DNA of 64,000 nucleotides, taken from positions 37,611 to 101,610 of the forward strand of contig CAZWCA010000002.1 of assembly GCA_964632255.1 (NCBI GenBank). Direction: 5' to 3'. Shown here in pieces: positions 36,281 through 46,195 of this stretch. The notes beneath the pieces are model-generated. The model was given only the letters and a program-made list of their open reading frames with translations. It did not search any database and was not told the origin of the DNA. Position 1 is the first letter of the stretch, and each line of letters opens with the position of its first letter. The stretch is from an uncultured Smithella sp. (GTDB lineage Bacteria; Desulfobacterota; Syntrophia; Syntrophales; Smithellaceae). The translations under genes and the position numbers were made by a program.

Positions 36281-38149
36281 TCAATGTATCTTCAGATTAC
36301 CGGCTTTCAGAAAGCTGTGAATACTGATAGCACACCATAAAAGTTGGCGATGATCAACAAGCCCTTTTCTATGATCATCCCAGCAACTCTTTAGCCAGTC
36401 CCTGTCTACGAATGGTAAGGAATCAAGGAATGAAAAATCATCCCATTCTCTCAACCATTTTCCAAGGGGGATCCCGAACCCTTTCTTTGGGCGTCGAATT
36501 ACTTCATTTGGAATCTTGTTCTTGTATGCAGATTTAATGAGGTATTTGGTCGTCTGCCCCGACAATTTGTAACGAAACGGCAACTTTCGAGCGAAATCGA
36601 CAAGATCGTTATCGAGCAGCGGTGCTCTTGCCTCAAGGGACACCATCATCGATGCCCGGTCCACTTTCGTGAGAATGTCGTTTGGCAGATAGAGCCGAGA
36701 GTAGAATTCCAATGTCTTGTCTCCTAATTCGCTATTTCCGGATTGTGCCCAAAGGTGCAGGACATCTTCGTAAACTTCTTCTATCCGGATAGATTCGCCA
36801 AACAAATGAGAAAGACCCAGCGGAGCCATTGGCCCGAGCCATACCGCATTCCATAATTCAATCGGATAGGATAGCCCCCTCAGGGTGCGTTGAAGCCGAA
36901 ATTCCCAACTCATGTTGCGCTCGGATGGCCGCAAATGCTGCAGTACAGCTCTTCCAGAGCTGTGCATCCATTTGGGAACTAATTGCGCGTAGAGTTTGGC
37001 GGGCGCGAGGGCACGAAACGGATCATATCCTGCAAACAGTTCATCCCCACCATCACCACCGAGCGCAACCTTTACCCGTCTTTGCGCAAATTGGGCCAGA
37101 AGAAATGTAGGTAGAATTGATGGATCACCGATAGGTTCGTCAAGATTATCGAGAACTTGGTCAAGCAGCACGCGGGCCTTATTCATGTCGATAATTTCTG
37201 TGTAGTGTCTTGTGCCAAAGTATTCGGCAACCAGCCGTGCATAACTGGATTCGTCAAAAGATGGTTCGTTAAAGCCGATGGAAAATGTATAAATGTCTCG
37301 AGCATGCTCTGCGACTGCAGATAAGACAATGGTTGAATCCAGACCCCCACTTAAAAAAACACCCAATGGGACATCACTCATCAGACGCCGCTTGACAGCC
37401 TGAGATATGAGGTAACGAAGCTGCTCAGCGAGTTCATCGGATTGCAGAACAGGCGAAGAGGCCGAGCCAACATGAAATGTCCAATAGCTCTTTACATTGA
37501 CACGCCATGTTTGTAAATCAAGGACTACTAAATGAGCTGGAGGCACTTTGGTAATTGCTTCTATAATCGAACTTGGCGCGGGAATGAAACCAAGTGCAAA
37601 CAATTTCATCATGGCGGTCTTGCTGACTTCCCGCTTGATTCTTGGGTGTATCAGCAGCGCCTTCAACTCAGAGGCAAAAGCAAAGAAGTTTTGTTGAACG
37701 CAGTAATAAAGAGGCTTTTCTCCAAAGCGGTCACGGGCAAGCATAAGCTTCTGTTTTGCTATATCCAGGACAGCGAAGGCAAACATCCCATTTAATCGCA
37801 ACGGCAGGTCGCTTTCCCATTCTTCATAACCATGCACGAGAACTTCGGTATCCGAGTGATCTGTGCGAAAGACATGCCCCTTGGCCACCAGCTCTTCGCG
37901 AAGTTCCCGGTGGTTGTATATTTCGCCATTGAACACAACCTGGACCATGCCATCTTCATTAGCCATCGGCTGGCGTCCGCCTTCAATGTCGATTATTGAT
38001 AACCTACGGTGGCCTAGAAACGCATTGGCCTGAGGGTAGTGGAAATAACCGAATCCATCAGGGCCACGATGTGTAAGCACCTCCGTCATACCAGACAGGG
38101 TCTGGATATCACCTTCACCGACAAAGCCCGTAATACCGCACATAGTCAA
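36281..38149 (-). CDS. Asparagine synthase (glutamine-hydrolysing)-family amidotransferase
   Basis: The N-terminal nucleophile is MCGITGF. The GATase-II domain is followed by the PP-loop FLSGGLDST. Confidence 0.9.
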   Translation of the reverse strand: MTMCGITGFVGEGDIQTLSGMTEVLTHRGPDGFGYFHYPQANAFLGHRRLSIIDIEGGRQPMANEDGMVQVVFNGEIYNHRELREELVAKGHVFRTDHSDTEVLVHGYEEWESDLPLRLNGMFAFAVLDIAKQKLMLARDRFGEKPLYYCVQQNFFAFASELKALLIHPRIKREVSKTAMMKLFALGFIPAPSSIIEAITKVPPAHLVVLDLQTWRVNVKSYWTFHVGSASSPVLQSDELAEQLRYLISQAVKRRLMSDVPLGVFLSGGLDSTIVLSAVAEHARDIYTFSIGFNEPSFDESSYARLVAEYFGTRHYTEIIDMNKARVLLDQVLDNLDEPIGDPSILPTFLLAQFAQRRVKVALGGDGGDELFAGYDPFRALAPAKLYAQLVPKWMHSSGRAVLQHLRPSERNMSWEFRLQRTLRGLSYPIELWNAVWLGPMAPLGLSHLFGESIRIEEVYEDVLHLWAQSGNSELGDKTLEFYSRLYLPNDILTKVDRASMMVSLEARAPLLDNDLVDFARKLPFRYKLSGQTTKYLIKSAYKNKIPNEVIRRPKKGFGIPLGKWLREWDDFSFLDSLPFVDRDWLKSCWDDHRKGLVDHRQLLWCAISIHSFLKAGNLKIH

Positions 38150-39090
38150 GCTCTAAAATTCAAAGTGTTTTTCACCAGGTAAGCACGCTTGCCTTGAGAT
38201 TCATAGTAGGTACGCATGATGATCTCGGCAACCAATCCCAGAAGAATGCTCATGACCCCCATAATAAAGGTGAATACAGTGAGTAGCGGCAAAGGCGTCA
38301 GTATGAACGATATGCCGTGAAACAACTTAAGGTACAGTGCGTAAGTACCTGAAACTCCGGAAAACAGGATGCTCAATGCGCCAAAGCCTCCAAATACATA
38401 AATTGGTTTGGAGGCATAATCAGCCAAGAACTTGATTACAATAAGGTCGAGAATTACCTTGGCTATGCGCTCCAGCCCATACTTGGACTTGCCATGCACT
38501 CGCGGGTGATGCTGAACCGGAATCTCGGCAACATGGCCTCCTTGCCAGGAAGCGTAGATGGGAATGAATCGATGCATCTCTCCATAGAGTCGTACCCCCT
38601 TAACCACATCACTACGATACGCCTTAAGAGAACAGCCGAAGTCTTTAAGATGCACACCTGAAATTTCTGAAATTAAGCTGTTGGCAATCTTGCTTGGTAG
38701 ATTGCGGCGCCACTTGCTGTCTTTTCTATCCTTTCTCCAACCGGATACGACATCAAATCCTTCATCTAGTTTGGCCACAAGTCGGCCAATATCGCCCGGA
38801 TCGTTTTGAAGGTCGCCATCCATCGGGATGATAATGTCGCCGGTGGCATAATCAATACCAGCCATCATTGCTGCTGTTTGCCCATGGTTTCGCCGAAAAT
38901 TAACTATTTTCACTCGTTTGTCTCGTTTGGCGAGCTCCATTAAAAGTAATTCCGACTTATCGCAGCTTCCATCGTTAACAAGAATTATCTCAAAGGAGTC
39001 CTGTAACTGATCGAGAGTATTGATCAACCGATCATATAAAGCGTACAAATTGTCTTCTTCATTGAAAATTGGGATAATTATTGATAACAT
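38146..39090 (-). CDS. Polyprenyl-phosphate glycosyltransferase (GT2, ArnC/GtrB/DPM1-like) with two C-terminal TM helices
   Basis: LSIIIPIFNEEDNL, LVNDGSCDKS and IPMDGDLQNDP (the DxD context) are present, with two C-terminal hydrophobic helices. There is a 4-nt overlap with the asnB-like gene. Confidence 0.8.
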   Translation of the reverse strand: MLSIIIPIFNEEDNLYALYDRLINTLDQLQDSFEIILVNDGSCDKSELLLMELAKRDKRVKIVNFRRNHGQTAAMMAGIDYATGDIIIPMDGDLQNDPGDIGRLVAKLDEGFDVVSGWRKDRKDSKWRRNLPSKIANSLISEISGVHLKDFGCSLKAYRSDVVKGVRLYGEMHRFIPIYASWQGGHVAEIPVQHHPRVHGKSKYGLERIAKVILDLIVIKFLADYASKPIYVFGGFGALSILFSGVSGTYALYLKLFHGISFILTPLPLLTVFTFIMGVMSILLGLVAEIIMRTYYESQGKRAYLVKNTLNFRA

Positions 39091-39144
39091 CCTTATTTCC
39101 TTTCTATCGAATCATCATTAGTAACGCCTTAGCACACCAAATTG

Positions 39145-42120
39145 TTAAATGGCACGCTGCGTACTCTCGCGAACTACTGATATGTTTTTCAACAAAAAAT
39201 GGAAGCCCGTCCATTCGGTGCCATGCTTATCCGGCGGGCGTGAAGTATTGCCCCGCGTAGACACCATAATCTCCACCCAACCGTTGCAACTTTTCGTCGC
39301 GCGTTCACCCAGCACGAATTCCGACCATGCGAGTTCGCCGTCCTGCCCGGATGAAATGACATCTGCCTTCACGCCATTAAATGACACTGTCAGGGCAGAA
39401 GCCACATGTATGGGAATATGCCTCGAATAGAAAAGCCGCAGTTTGTATCGTGCTGCCTTTTCAACACGCAACAGGATCAGTCCCTCATTGTGTCCGAATG
39501 CGATCCGTCGAACGCTTCCTTGAGCAAGTTGTCCGATTGGCCCCCATCCGAAACCGAGGAATGGTTCTGACATATTCAAAGTCTTACGTTGCCCAGCCGG
39601 CGCCTGAAGCCAGGACATGTCATTCTTCGTATTACTGAATGCTGGTGGCCCATAGTTTTCCAGATAAGGGTTCCCTGTATACCTGTCAGTATTGTCTGCA
39701 TAAGCTTGGCATGCCGGGGTGTTCGCGGAAAACTTATACTCAGGAATGGACGAAAAACTGGTTTGCTTTTGCGCAAGCCACTCTGCAATCGGTGTAGTAT
39801 GCCAAAATTTCTTAATTGTTGCTGAAGCTTCGATTAAATTAAATTGCGTTTGCGCATCAGGTTGTCTGATCGTAACGGGTCTTGGCGGCAGACCCTTCAC
39901 TGCAAAACGCAAGTCCTCGATGTCTCGTCTTTTGCATTCAGAGGAATTTATCGCCAGGGAATACATGAGGTCGAATGTAACAGCTCCTTGAAAAATCACA
40001 CCCGTTTGAAGACCATTTGCACGAAACAGGCGAACAGGACGATGCGGGGAATTGTTCTTGACTGTAATGCAATTCGAATATTGTATAGGTAAAATAAGTA
40101 ACGATGATCTTGAATCATCCGCCTCCGCCGAAACACGGTAGCCGCCGCGGATAATCTCCAGCTTACTGGTGCGCGCCGTGACGAGTTTGGACTCCAGCGG
40201 TTCCTGCACCAATACTCTCTTGTGGGGATTAAAGTTTGGTGATCGGATTTCGTCATAGATCTCTTTTAACGATCCCTTGTATTCCCAAACTGTTGGATTG
40301 AGGAGCGAAAAATGGCGAGACCGTTCATACAGGTACAGGTCCCAACAGCCGGCGGCACTTCTATAACTATCCGTTAATTTGTATCCGGGTAATTCTCGCG
40401 GACTATTGCTAACAATTGCAGACACTCCTAAAAGCTCCAGAACGGTTTTATTCGGTTCGAAAATGGGTGTCCCGTTTATACCGCCAAAATTATTTCCAGC
40501 AGCCAGCCTGGTGAAAAAGAAATGGCTGAATGGAGTAATCAACTGAGAGTACTCATTAATCGTTGGTATGTTTCTTTGCCACAATGCATTCATGATGTCC
40601 CCATCATGGATAGTTCTCTTGATCACACCCTGCGAATTTAAATTTGCAACATAACCATTAAATTGCTTACCATTCCCGATGGCGTATTTATCAAGAGAGG
40701 CAAGCAACTCACCAGGGGGATTCACCTTCTCAACTTCTTCTATATATATTCCGTGACGGTCAGGCATGACCATAGCACAGTAGTAAAAAACCGTAAGAGG
40801 CACGGCAAAAATCACCACTAATTGGGCTGCTGACCGTAGCCGAGCGCCGATTTTGCACGGCAATTGATGGGATTTGATATATTGCGATAGAACAACTACT
40901 CTACCTCCTATACCTTCAATTAAGAAGGAAGCTTGCTTGAGTGATCGATCAATAACAATGAAAATACCTGCACAGCTAATGATAAGCCAAACAGGCATTA
41001 CAGCGAACTCAGCATATGCCGGGATGGGCAGAGTCCAAGTATTTGCGACAACATAGACGGCACCCAGTGTGAGTAGCATCACAAAATAGCCCAGTGCACA
41101 GTAGGCAAGGATGCGCAGCTTCCTCCCGCCAAAGGCGATACTGAAAATCAGGCCGATGCTGAGAAAAAGATAAAGAGGGCGCGATTTCGTCAGGAACATG
41201 GATGAGACATTCCCGGCACTTGGCGAATGTCCAAATACTTCACCAGGGGCAAATGTTCTTGCTGTGTAGCTAAACAGAGTGAGGATGTACTGAATTACGC
41301 CCAAAAAATAAAAGATAACCACCAGCAAAGCTAGTGAACCCAGAACCAACCATCTGGTGCGTGTTGAAGATGAAAATATTTTTTCGGCGAGAAACGGTAG
41401 AAAAAAAATGCAGTTTACAACAAACCAGATTGGGTCAGCGAGAATCCCGAACGCCGCTATTGCAAACAGTAATGACAGGTTAATAACACCAAGACGACCT
41501 TTAGAAAAATCATCAGCAAGGCGATCAATCAATGTCAAGCCTGTGATGACCAGAGCCGTAATGAGGGCGACCCCGGGGTTCAGCAGGTAATTTATATGCT
41601 GATCGAATTCATATTGGAACGGGAAAAACAACACCGTCGATATTTGTGCAGCAACGATGGATGTCGCCTCGCCGATTCCCAATTTACGAGAGAGAAAATA
41701 GCACGAAGTAACTAACGCCAGCCAGGAGAGTGCTGTAGAAATCAGCGCTGCTGTGCCGTCCGAGAAAAAATGGAAAGGCAGATAAGCCGGATGCAACCAG
41801 ACATTCATGGGAATAATCTGATTACCCATACCTTGCAGCGGATTAAATGCGTTTAATGAAAACCACTCGGAGAACTGAATTTGAGTCGAAATCAGATTCT
41901 TGTATAGACGGCCATCCGTGCCGGCAAACAGCCCCTGAGGCATATCTATCCAGACAAATATGCAAAATAACATAAGCAGGGCGGTACTGGTAAAGAAATA
42001 TATGTGCGGAAAGGCCCGTAATGCCTGCCCAATTTTGTGGAAGTATTTCATTGCCTTGTCCACTTGCATAAGACATCTATAAATTGAACATTCATCAAGT
42101 TTTTCTTTCTTGTTTACCAA
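39145..42120 (-). CDS. 991-aa polytopic membrane protein with a large C-terminal soluble domain (putative GT-C-type transferase; inference)
   Basis: About 450 aa of densely packed hydrophobic helices are followed by about 500 aa of soluble sequence. It is adjacent to the polyprenyl-phosphate GT2. No catalytic motif was identified by eye. Confidence 0.4.
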   Translation of the reverse strand: MVNKKEKLDECSIYRCLMQVDKAMKYFHKIGQALRAFPHIYFFTSTALLMLFCIFVWIDMPQGLFAGTDGRLYKNLISTQIQFSEWFSLNAFNPLQGMGNQIIPMNVWLHPAYLPFHFFSDGTAALISTALSWLALVTSCYFLSRKLGIGEATSIVAAQISTVLFFPFQYEFDQHINYLLNPGVALITALVITGLTLIDRLADDFSKGRLGVINLSLLFAIAAFGILADPIWFVVNCIFFLPFLAEKIFSSSTRTRWLVLGSLALLVVIFYFLGVIQYILTLFSYTARTFAPGEVFGHSPSAGNVSSMFLTKSRPLYLFLSIGLIFSIAFGGRKLRILAYCALGYFVMLLTLGAVYVVANTWTLPIPAYAEFAVMPVWLIISCAGIFIVIDRSLKQASFLIEGIGGRVVVLSQYIKSHQLPCKIGARLRSAAQLVVIFAVPLTVFYYCAMVMPDRHGIYIEEVEKVNPPGELLASLDKYAIGNGKQFNGYVANLNSQGVIKRTIHDGDIMNALWQRNIPTINEYSQLITPFSHFFFTRLAAGNNFGGINGTPIFEPNKTVLELLGVSAIVSNSPRELPGYKLTDSYRSAAGCWDLYLYERSRHFSLLNPTVWEYKGSLKEIYDEIRSPNFNPHKRVLVQEPLESKLVTARTSKLEIIRGGYRVSAEADDSRSSLLILPIQYSNCITVKNNSPHRPVRLFRANGLQTGVIFQGAVTFDLMYSLAINSSECKRRDIEDLRFAVKGLPPRPVTIRQPDAQTQFNLIEASATIKKFWHTTPIAEWLAQKQTSFSSIPEYKFSANTPACQAYADNTDRYTGNPYLENYGPPAFSNTKNDMSWLQAPAGQRKTLNMSEPFLGFGWGPIGQLAQGSVRRIAFGHNEGLILLRVEKAARYKLRLFYSRHIPIHVASALTVSFNGVKADVISSGQDGELAWSEFVLGERATKSCNGWVEIMVSTRGNTSRPPDKHGTEWTGFHFLLKNISVVRESTQRAI

Positions 42121-42258
42121 TTTGGTACTGAAAAATGATTTAGGTGCCGGGCGCTGAAGAGGTCAGGTGCCGTGGAGAATAATAGGATCCAGTGCCGGTC
42201 TCGGAAAAACATCCGATCACAACCGTCTGGGTTTGGAGCGCAATACGTTTAATTCAAA

Positions 42259-43572
42259 TTAAATACCTATATTTACGTTTCCTTCTTTCCCGATCACTCT
42301 TGTTTCGGGGCACAAAACAACGAAATGTCCGCCTTTATCAAGATATTCCTGATTATTTTCTATAATCTTCGCGGAATGCACCCAGGCAAGAATAATCGTG
42401 TAAGCGGGCATTCGCCGGCAAAGTTCGGACGTCGGTATAATCTTGATGCCATCCCCCGAAGAATACTTGTTCACTTTCTGGGGATGATCATCAAAGATAT
42501 ACTCGATCGTTCCCGTAAGACCAAGCTGTGATATTAAGGTGGGCCCACTCCGCGCAGCACCATACCCTGCAATTGACATTCCAGCCCTTTTCCATTCAGT
42601 GACCAGCCGTGCCGTACGCTCCTTTTGTTGATCGATTTTTTCCGCAAATTGCCGGAGTGTTTCAATCCTATTCAAGCCTCGCCGGGCTTCAAGCTCTAAT
42701 AACTGCCTTACAGAAGCGTTTTTCAAGTGCTTGCCTCCCTTGAGTTGCACTGTGCCGATTAACGATCCGTGTTGAATAGGCACACGTTCCACATCAATCA
42801 GCTCCATCCCATGACATTCAAGGAACACTGTAAGAGCCATTACGGAATGATGGCTCATGTGCTCATGGAAAATTGTCGCAATCAACACGCGATCGATAAT
42901 ATCGAGAAGATACTGCGCTTCAAAGACGAACACACCATTCGGAGCAAGCAGGGTACGGATACTTTCTGCTATTTCTCCCATATTATCCGCATGCGCAAAG
43001 GCGTTAAACATACAAACGACTTGCGCCGGTCCACGCTCCTCACGAATTTTTTTCGCTAAATTAAAGGACATTAGTTCCGGTATAGTCTCGATACCGGATT
43101 TGCTTGCCTGCAATGCAATCTCTTTTGCGGGATCAATGCCAAGCACGCTGTATCCTCTCTTCATAAATGGCCGTAGTAATGATCCGTCGTTGCTGCCTAT
43201 ATCTACAACGAGCGAACCGACAGGCATCAGGTATTTATTGATAATTTCCCCGGCAACTTGTTCAAAATGTTCCGGCATACCTTTCGCATCTCCGGAATAG
43301 TAGGTATAATTTTCCCAAAGAGTTTTAGAATCGACAACATCAAGCTGTTGCACATGCCCGCAATCTGCACACATATAAAGATCAACGGGATAGCGTGGAG
43401 CATTTTTTCCTGTTTCGCTGTTCTGGCAATAGTTTTCCGAAATTGGAATGGGTTCAAGTTTCACCACCATTTTCACATTACCGGAATTACATAATCTGCA
43501 CGTTTCTCTATGAAATACCTGTGCGTCCACAATGTCCTCCTTTGATAAATTCAACCTCCGAAACAAGATCAT
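42259..43572 (-). CDS. NDP-sugar C-methyltransferase family (Zn-ribbon N-domain + class I MTase + C-methyltransferase C-domain; TylCIII/NovU-like)
   Basis: CRLCNSG ... CADCGHVQ forms the 4-Cys ribbon. VVDIGSNDGSLL is motif I. An alternative GTG start at 43530 shortens the overlap with the upstream gene. Confidence 0.7.
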   Translation of the reverse strand: MILFRRLNLSKEDIVDAQVFHRETCRLCNSGNVKMVVKLEPIPISENYCQNSETGKNAPRYPVDLYMCADCGHVQQLDVVDSKTLWENYTYYSGDAKGMPEHFEQVAGEIINKYLMPVGSLVVDIGSNDGSLLRPFMKRGYSVLGIDPAKEIALQASKSGIETIPELMSFNLAKKIREERGPAQVVCMFNAFAHADNMGEIAESIRTLLAPNGVFVFEAQYLLDIIDRVLIATIFHEHMSHHSVMALTVFLECHGMELIDVERVPIQHGSLIGTVQLKGGKHLKNASVRQLLELEARRGLNRIETLRQFAEKIDQQKERTARLVTEWKRAGMSIAGYGAARSGPTLISQLGLTGTIEYIFDDHPQKVNKYSSGDGIKIIPTSELCRRMPAYTIILAWVHSAKIIENNQEYLDKGGHFVVLCPETRVIGKEGNVNIGI

Positions 43573-44434
43573 TTACGACATCTGACAACGGTTGCGGCAG
43601 GACACTGCTCAACTCTGTTGTTCTTGTCATACTTAATCCGCTGTAACGCGGTTTAAAGGCAATACGCACCCCCATAGCCGTCGCAGTGGTTGGGGAAATA
43701 GATCGCCGATCGACACCTAGTTTTCCCGCCAATGCCTGGGCAAAATCAACGTAGCTAACATTATCGGCTCCGGACAAATGTAAATTACCATTGATACGCT
43801 TTTCACCAAGTATTGTAAGAGCTTCCCCGACAAATTTTACCGACATTGGAGCAAAAATCAGATCGGAAAAAGCTGGTACGGTCTCACCGCGCTTCCAGGT
43901 ATCGAACCAATTCGGCAATGGTGAGGTGCTAAGACCCAGAATTTTAGTAAGCCTCGTTATATTCAAGCGTTCCTTCGCCCTTAATTCGGACGCCACGGAA
44001 TATATTGCTTTCTCCGCTTCATCTTTTTGCTTTGCATATGCAATCCCCGGAGCATGAGGATCATCTTCTTGCGGCCATGGCCGTTCACCACCGAAAACTG
44101 AATTTGTAGAAATAAAAGAAACAAATATTCCTTGCTTCAAGAGCGATGAAATCATTTTGGGAATTAACTCGACATTGATTTTGTATGCCAATGGGTCTTT
44201 TTCACAGCGATCATAGTTAGTTGCTGCTGCTACGATAAAAGCATAGTCAACTTCGGGGGGAACAATGAATGTCTCACTACTCTCAAAATCCAGATAAATT
44301 CGTCGATCATTCAATGTATTCTTTCTTCGTGTACTGGAATAGGCAAAGTGACCGCGTTTATGCAATGCATGTACAAGCCCGCCACCTACCAAACTATCTC
44401 CGCCAACAATCAGAAAAGATTTTTTTTGAGTCAT
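43508..44434 (-). CDS. SDR-family NDP-sugar reductase/epimerase (RmlD-like)
   Basis: FLIVGGDSLVGGGLVHAL is the Rossmann motif and YAKQK is the catalytic YxxxK. Confidence 0.65.
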   Translation of the reverse strand: MTQKKSFLIVGGDSLVGGGLVHALHKRGHFAYSSTRRKNTLNDRRIYLDFESSETFIVPPEVDYAFIVAAATNYDRCEKDPLAYKINVELIPKMISSLLKQGIFVSFISTNSVFGGERPWPQEDDPHAPGIAYAKQKDEAEKAIYSVASELRAKERLNITRLTKILGLSTSPLPNWFDTWKRGETVPAFSDLIFAPMSVKFVGEALTILGEKRINGNLHLSGADNVSYVDFAQALAGKLGVDRRSISPTTATAMGVRIAFKPRYSGLSMTRTTELSSVLPQPLSDVVNDLVSEVEFIKGGHCGRTGIS

Positions 44435-44970
44435 TGTTTCATAGCCTTAAATATAGCCACTTCTTTTAAAAGATGTTCCATGTAATCACTTACAGCTATT
44501 TTATTTTCTTCTGATGGTGCAAAAGATGCTAATTTCGTTTTTGCTTTATCAAAGGGCCCATTTGTTACTTCATGAATAACAAGGATATCCGTATGAATAA
44601 GCATCGTATGAAACCTGCTGTCTGACAGACGATAGTAAAAATTCAGACCGGATTCCCGGTTACCCAGCGAAATTACGTCTGTAATCGAACCATCATTGTC
44701 AAAGATAATAATATCAACCAGACCTTCAATAATGTGAAATGATTCGGACTTAGCAAGATGTTTATGAGGACGTATATAGCTGTCTGAAGCAATTACTATA
44801 ATCATCTCGTGCAGAGGATCATCAGACGTTCTGTGTGCACATATTCTTGATCGTCTTCGCAGGTTTTGCATTGCTTTTTGTGTTAAAAAGTTTATTTCTT
44901 CTTCACCCAAGAAAACAATGGGGCTATCAACAACAAAAACTTCATTATTTAACCGTTTAATTTCTAACAT
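44431..44970 (-). CDS. Cupin-fold protein, WbuC-like
   Basis: RSRICAHRTSDDPLHEMIIVIASDSYIRPHKHLAKSESFHIIEG matches my recollection of the WbuC cupin family found in O-antigen loci. This is unverified. Confidence 0.5.
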   Translation of the reverse strand: MLEIKRLNNEVFVVDSPIVFLGEEEINFLTQKAMQNLRRRSRICAHRTSDDPLHEMIIVIASDSYIRPHKHLAKSESFHIIEGLVDIIIFDNDGSITDVISLGNRESGLNFYYRLSDSRFHTMLIHTDILVIHEVTNGPFDKAKTKLASFAPSEENKIAVSDYMEHLLKEVAIFKAMKQ

Positions 44971-46174
44971 TATTAATATTCAGATCAATATTGTTCCTAC
45001 CAGCTGAAAATATGGAGCAAAATTTTCCACCCAGAGACAGATATCCAGCATTTGCTTTAAGTACCTTTTTTTCACTTTCAGGATTGAGCGCCGACAGGCA
45101 TAATTTAATCTCGCCGGAATCAAGACAATCCGAACTAAAGATTTGTAGTTGCGAACCAGGCATGAAGCGTCCGATTTTATTGGGATTGTCGTCGATTACA
45201 CCGATCAAGCAAGAAGATAAGTTATAAAAGTTAATGAACTTTACAGCCACGTGTCCAGCTCCAAATAGTGCTACCGACTGCCCCTGACTCTGTAAGTTTT
45301 GTAAATATTTTCTGATTTTGATGCCTCGTGATTTGAATGAACCGGCAAAATTTTCCAGTGGAGATATTTCATGAATAACATCATTATTTGTTTGAAGTGG
45401 GTTTGAAGCAACATTACGAACAATGGCGACCAGTGAATCTTCCATTGGGTATGAGTAAATTCTAATCTCAAAATCTCTGAACCCGGCATGCTCAAAAAAC
45501 AGCCTTAATGTCTCCGGGGTAAAGTAACTAATATGTTCCTCCCATAGAAAACAATGATCATGACCATTCAGCATTTTGCGGCAATCTGGAACTTCGAAAA
45601 CCAATAGCCCCCCTGGTTTAACCAGGCTGCTGCAAGCTTCAAGTAAAACGCGGGGATGATGGGCATGCTCGAGAATATGACGAACAAGAATAATATCCGC
45701 CATATCTATCCTTTCAGCTATCTCTCCGGCCTTCTCCGGATTTAATACTCCCTGTATTGTTTCCAGACTTGCGAACGGATCATCAATTCCAAGATCTTCG
45801 GATTGTTTAAGACGGTAAGTATCTTTAATTCCCATTTTATTAAAGCGAAGAAGAGTCGAGTCATCTTTATATGTGAGACCTACAATACGCACCTTTGGAG
45901 AATATCCATATTTTAAATTAAGTAGATTCACGAGATTATCGAGATGTGCTTCAGGTTCATTATAGGTAATCCAGCCGAAACGTGACTTAACTATTTCCGG
46001 CGGCATAGCATTGACAAGTTGCAGTAAGCCACAGCTACTGCAATAAGCAAATTCTATGGGATGTTTTTCACAGTTCTCGTCAATCTTATCCAGATAACGG
46101 TTACTCGGGGGATTGGGCCCGAGATCGATAATCTTTCTAATGGTGTTCGTGTTACAACTTATACATTTTATCAT
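44957..46174 (-). CDS. Second Zn-ribbon C-methyltransferase-family protein
   Basis: CISCNTN ... CSSCGLLQ forms the ribbon. LVRHILEHAHHP and LVKPGGLLVFEVP are present. It has the same architecture as 42259..43572. Confidence 0.7.
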   Translation of the reverse strand: MIKCISCNTNTIRKIIDLGPNPPSNRYLDKIDENCEKHPIEFAYCSSCGLLQLVNAMPPEIVKSRFGWITYNEPEAHLDNLVNLLNLKYGYSPKVRIVGLTYKDDSTLLRFNKMGIKDTYRLKQSEDLGIDDPFASLETIQGVLNPEKAGEIAERIDMADIILVRHILEHAHHPRVLLEACSSLVKPGGLLVFEVPDCRKMLNGHDHCFLWEEHISYFTPETLRLFFEHAGFRDFEIRIYSYPMEDSLVAIVRNVASNPLQTNNDVIHEISPLENFAGSFKSRGIKIRKYLQNLQSQGQSVALFGAGHVAVKFINFYNLSSCLIGVIDDNPNKIGRFMPGSQLQIFSSDCLDSGEIKLCLSALNPESEKKVLKANAGYLSLGGKFCSIFSAGRNNIDLNINNVRN

Positions 46175-46195
46175 GATAATTTTTATGAATAAAAT

